Shown here: positions 63,701-64,000 of the stretch, one piece after another
Position numbering within the stretch: the first letter of the stretch is position 1
Layout: every line of letters starts with the position of its first letter
Assembly: GCA_973895155.1 (NCBI GenBank)
Contig: OZ316899.1
Location: 10,939,135-11,003,134, forward strand
Length of the DNA stretch: 64,000 nucleotides
From: Marsupella aquatica
Taxonomy: Eukaryota; Plantae; Marchantiophyta
Reading direction: 5' to 3'
The notes under the pieces: model-generated
Seen by the model: only the letters and a program-made list of their open reading frames with translations
Database searches by the model: none
Told to the model about the DNA's origin: nothing
Program-made: the position numbers and the translations under genes

Positions 63701-64000
63701 GGCACTTCCAAATCTATTCCCTTCGCAAGGCCATCGCAACCCGCAGAAGACCCAAAAAGTTGTTCTCAGCCTCAGTTTTTGCGAAGTAAGTGCAAAGGCC
63801 GTAGGTTCACAAAAAGATTCTCTAACTTGTGAAATAATTTGCAAGGCAGGTCTTATCGGTTTAGGGTTGGAAAACACTTTGGGGTGTCAAACGCCTATTA
63901 AGGTTTGTCAAACGACATTTAAGGTATGTTAAGTGCCCATAAGTTAACATGGAAGGGGTGTCAATGGATGTTTGGGTTGTAAGGATAACTAGAATATAAG
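60702..64000. mobile_element. CACTA (En/Spm) element, left terminus; extends beyond the window
   Basis: CACTACAACAC at 60702 followed by dense TCGCA/TGCGA repeats in both orientations, and a TnpA-like gene. Confidence 0.7.
61487..63509 (-). CDS. CACTA TnpA/Ptta-like accessory protein (spliced; first exon about 345 codons, acidic C-terminal exon)
   Basis: Open frame 62424-63509 with W...W..FY and PVHKLGQGG, which resembles the H..G.gGY motif of plant En/Spm Ptta proteins. GTGAG donor after SHF and an acidic tail at 61487-61687. The exon structure is approximate. Confidence 0.55.

Overview
Transposon-dense plant nuclear DNA, probably a bryophyte or liverwort (inferred from the TE lineages and spliceosomal introns). 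There is no intact host gene. The window is a nest of L1-type LINE pieces, Ty3/gypsy fragments and solo LTRs, one young internally deleted Ty1/copia element, the left end of a CACTA element, and a same-strand mosaic of host gene fragments (FEN1, AT-hook protein, SART1, Rab7, TTM). The main result is a family of large Mutator-like (MULE) DNA transposons present in three copies. One copy is complete: 28443-43775, with GGGTAT...ATACCC ends and a 10-bp TSD that splits a LINE ORF2. The family pairs a GCM-like/DDE/SWIM transposase with a divergently transcribed, intron-containing gene. That gene encodes a ParB/Srx-like domain (DGNHR) fused to a degenerate beta-class amino-DNA-methyltransferase fold. 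The non-coding DNA of each subfamily, including introns, carries its own palindrome: TAGCGCCnGGCGCTA (about 17 copies) or GCTAGCGAnnTCGCTAGC (about 6 full copies plus partial ones). This suggests a ParB/parS-like or VANC-like self-recognition system carried by a eukaryotic transposon; the function is inferred, not shown. All motif and homology calls were made by eye, without database searches.
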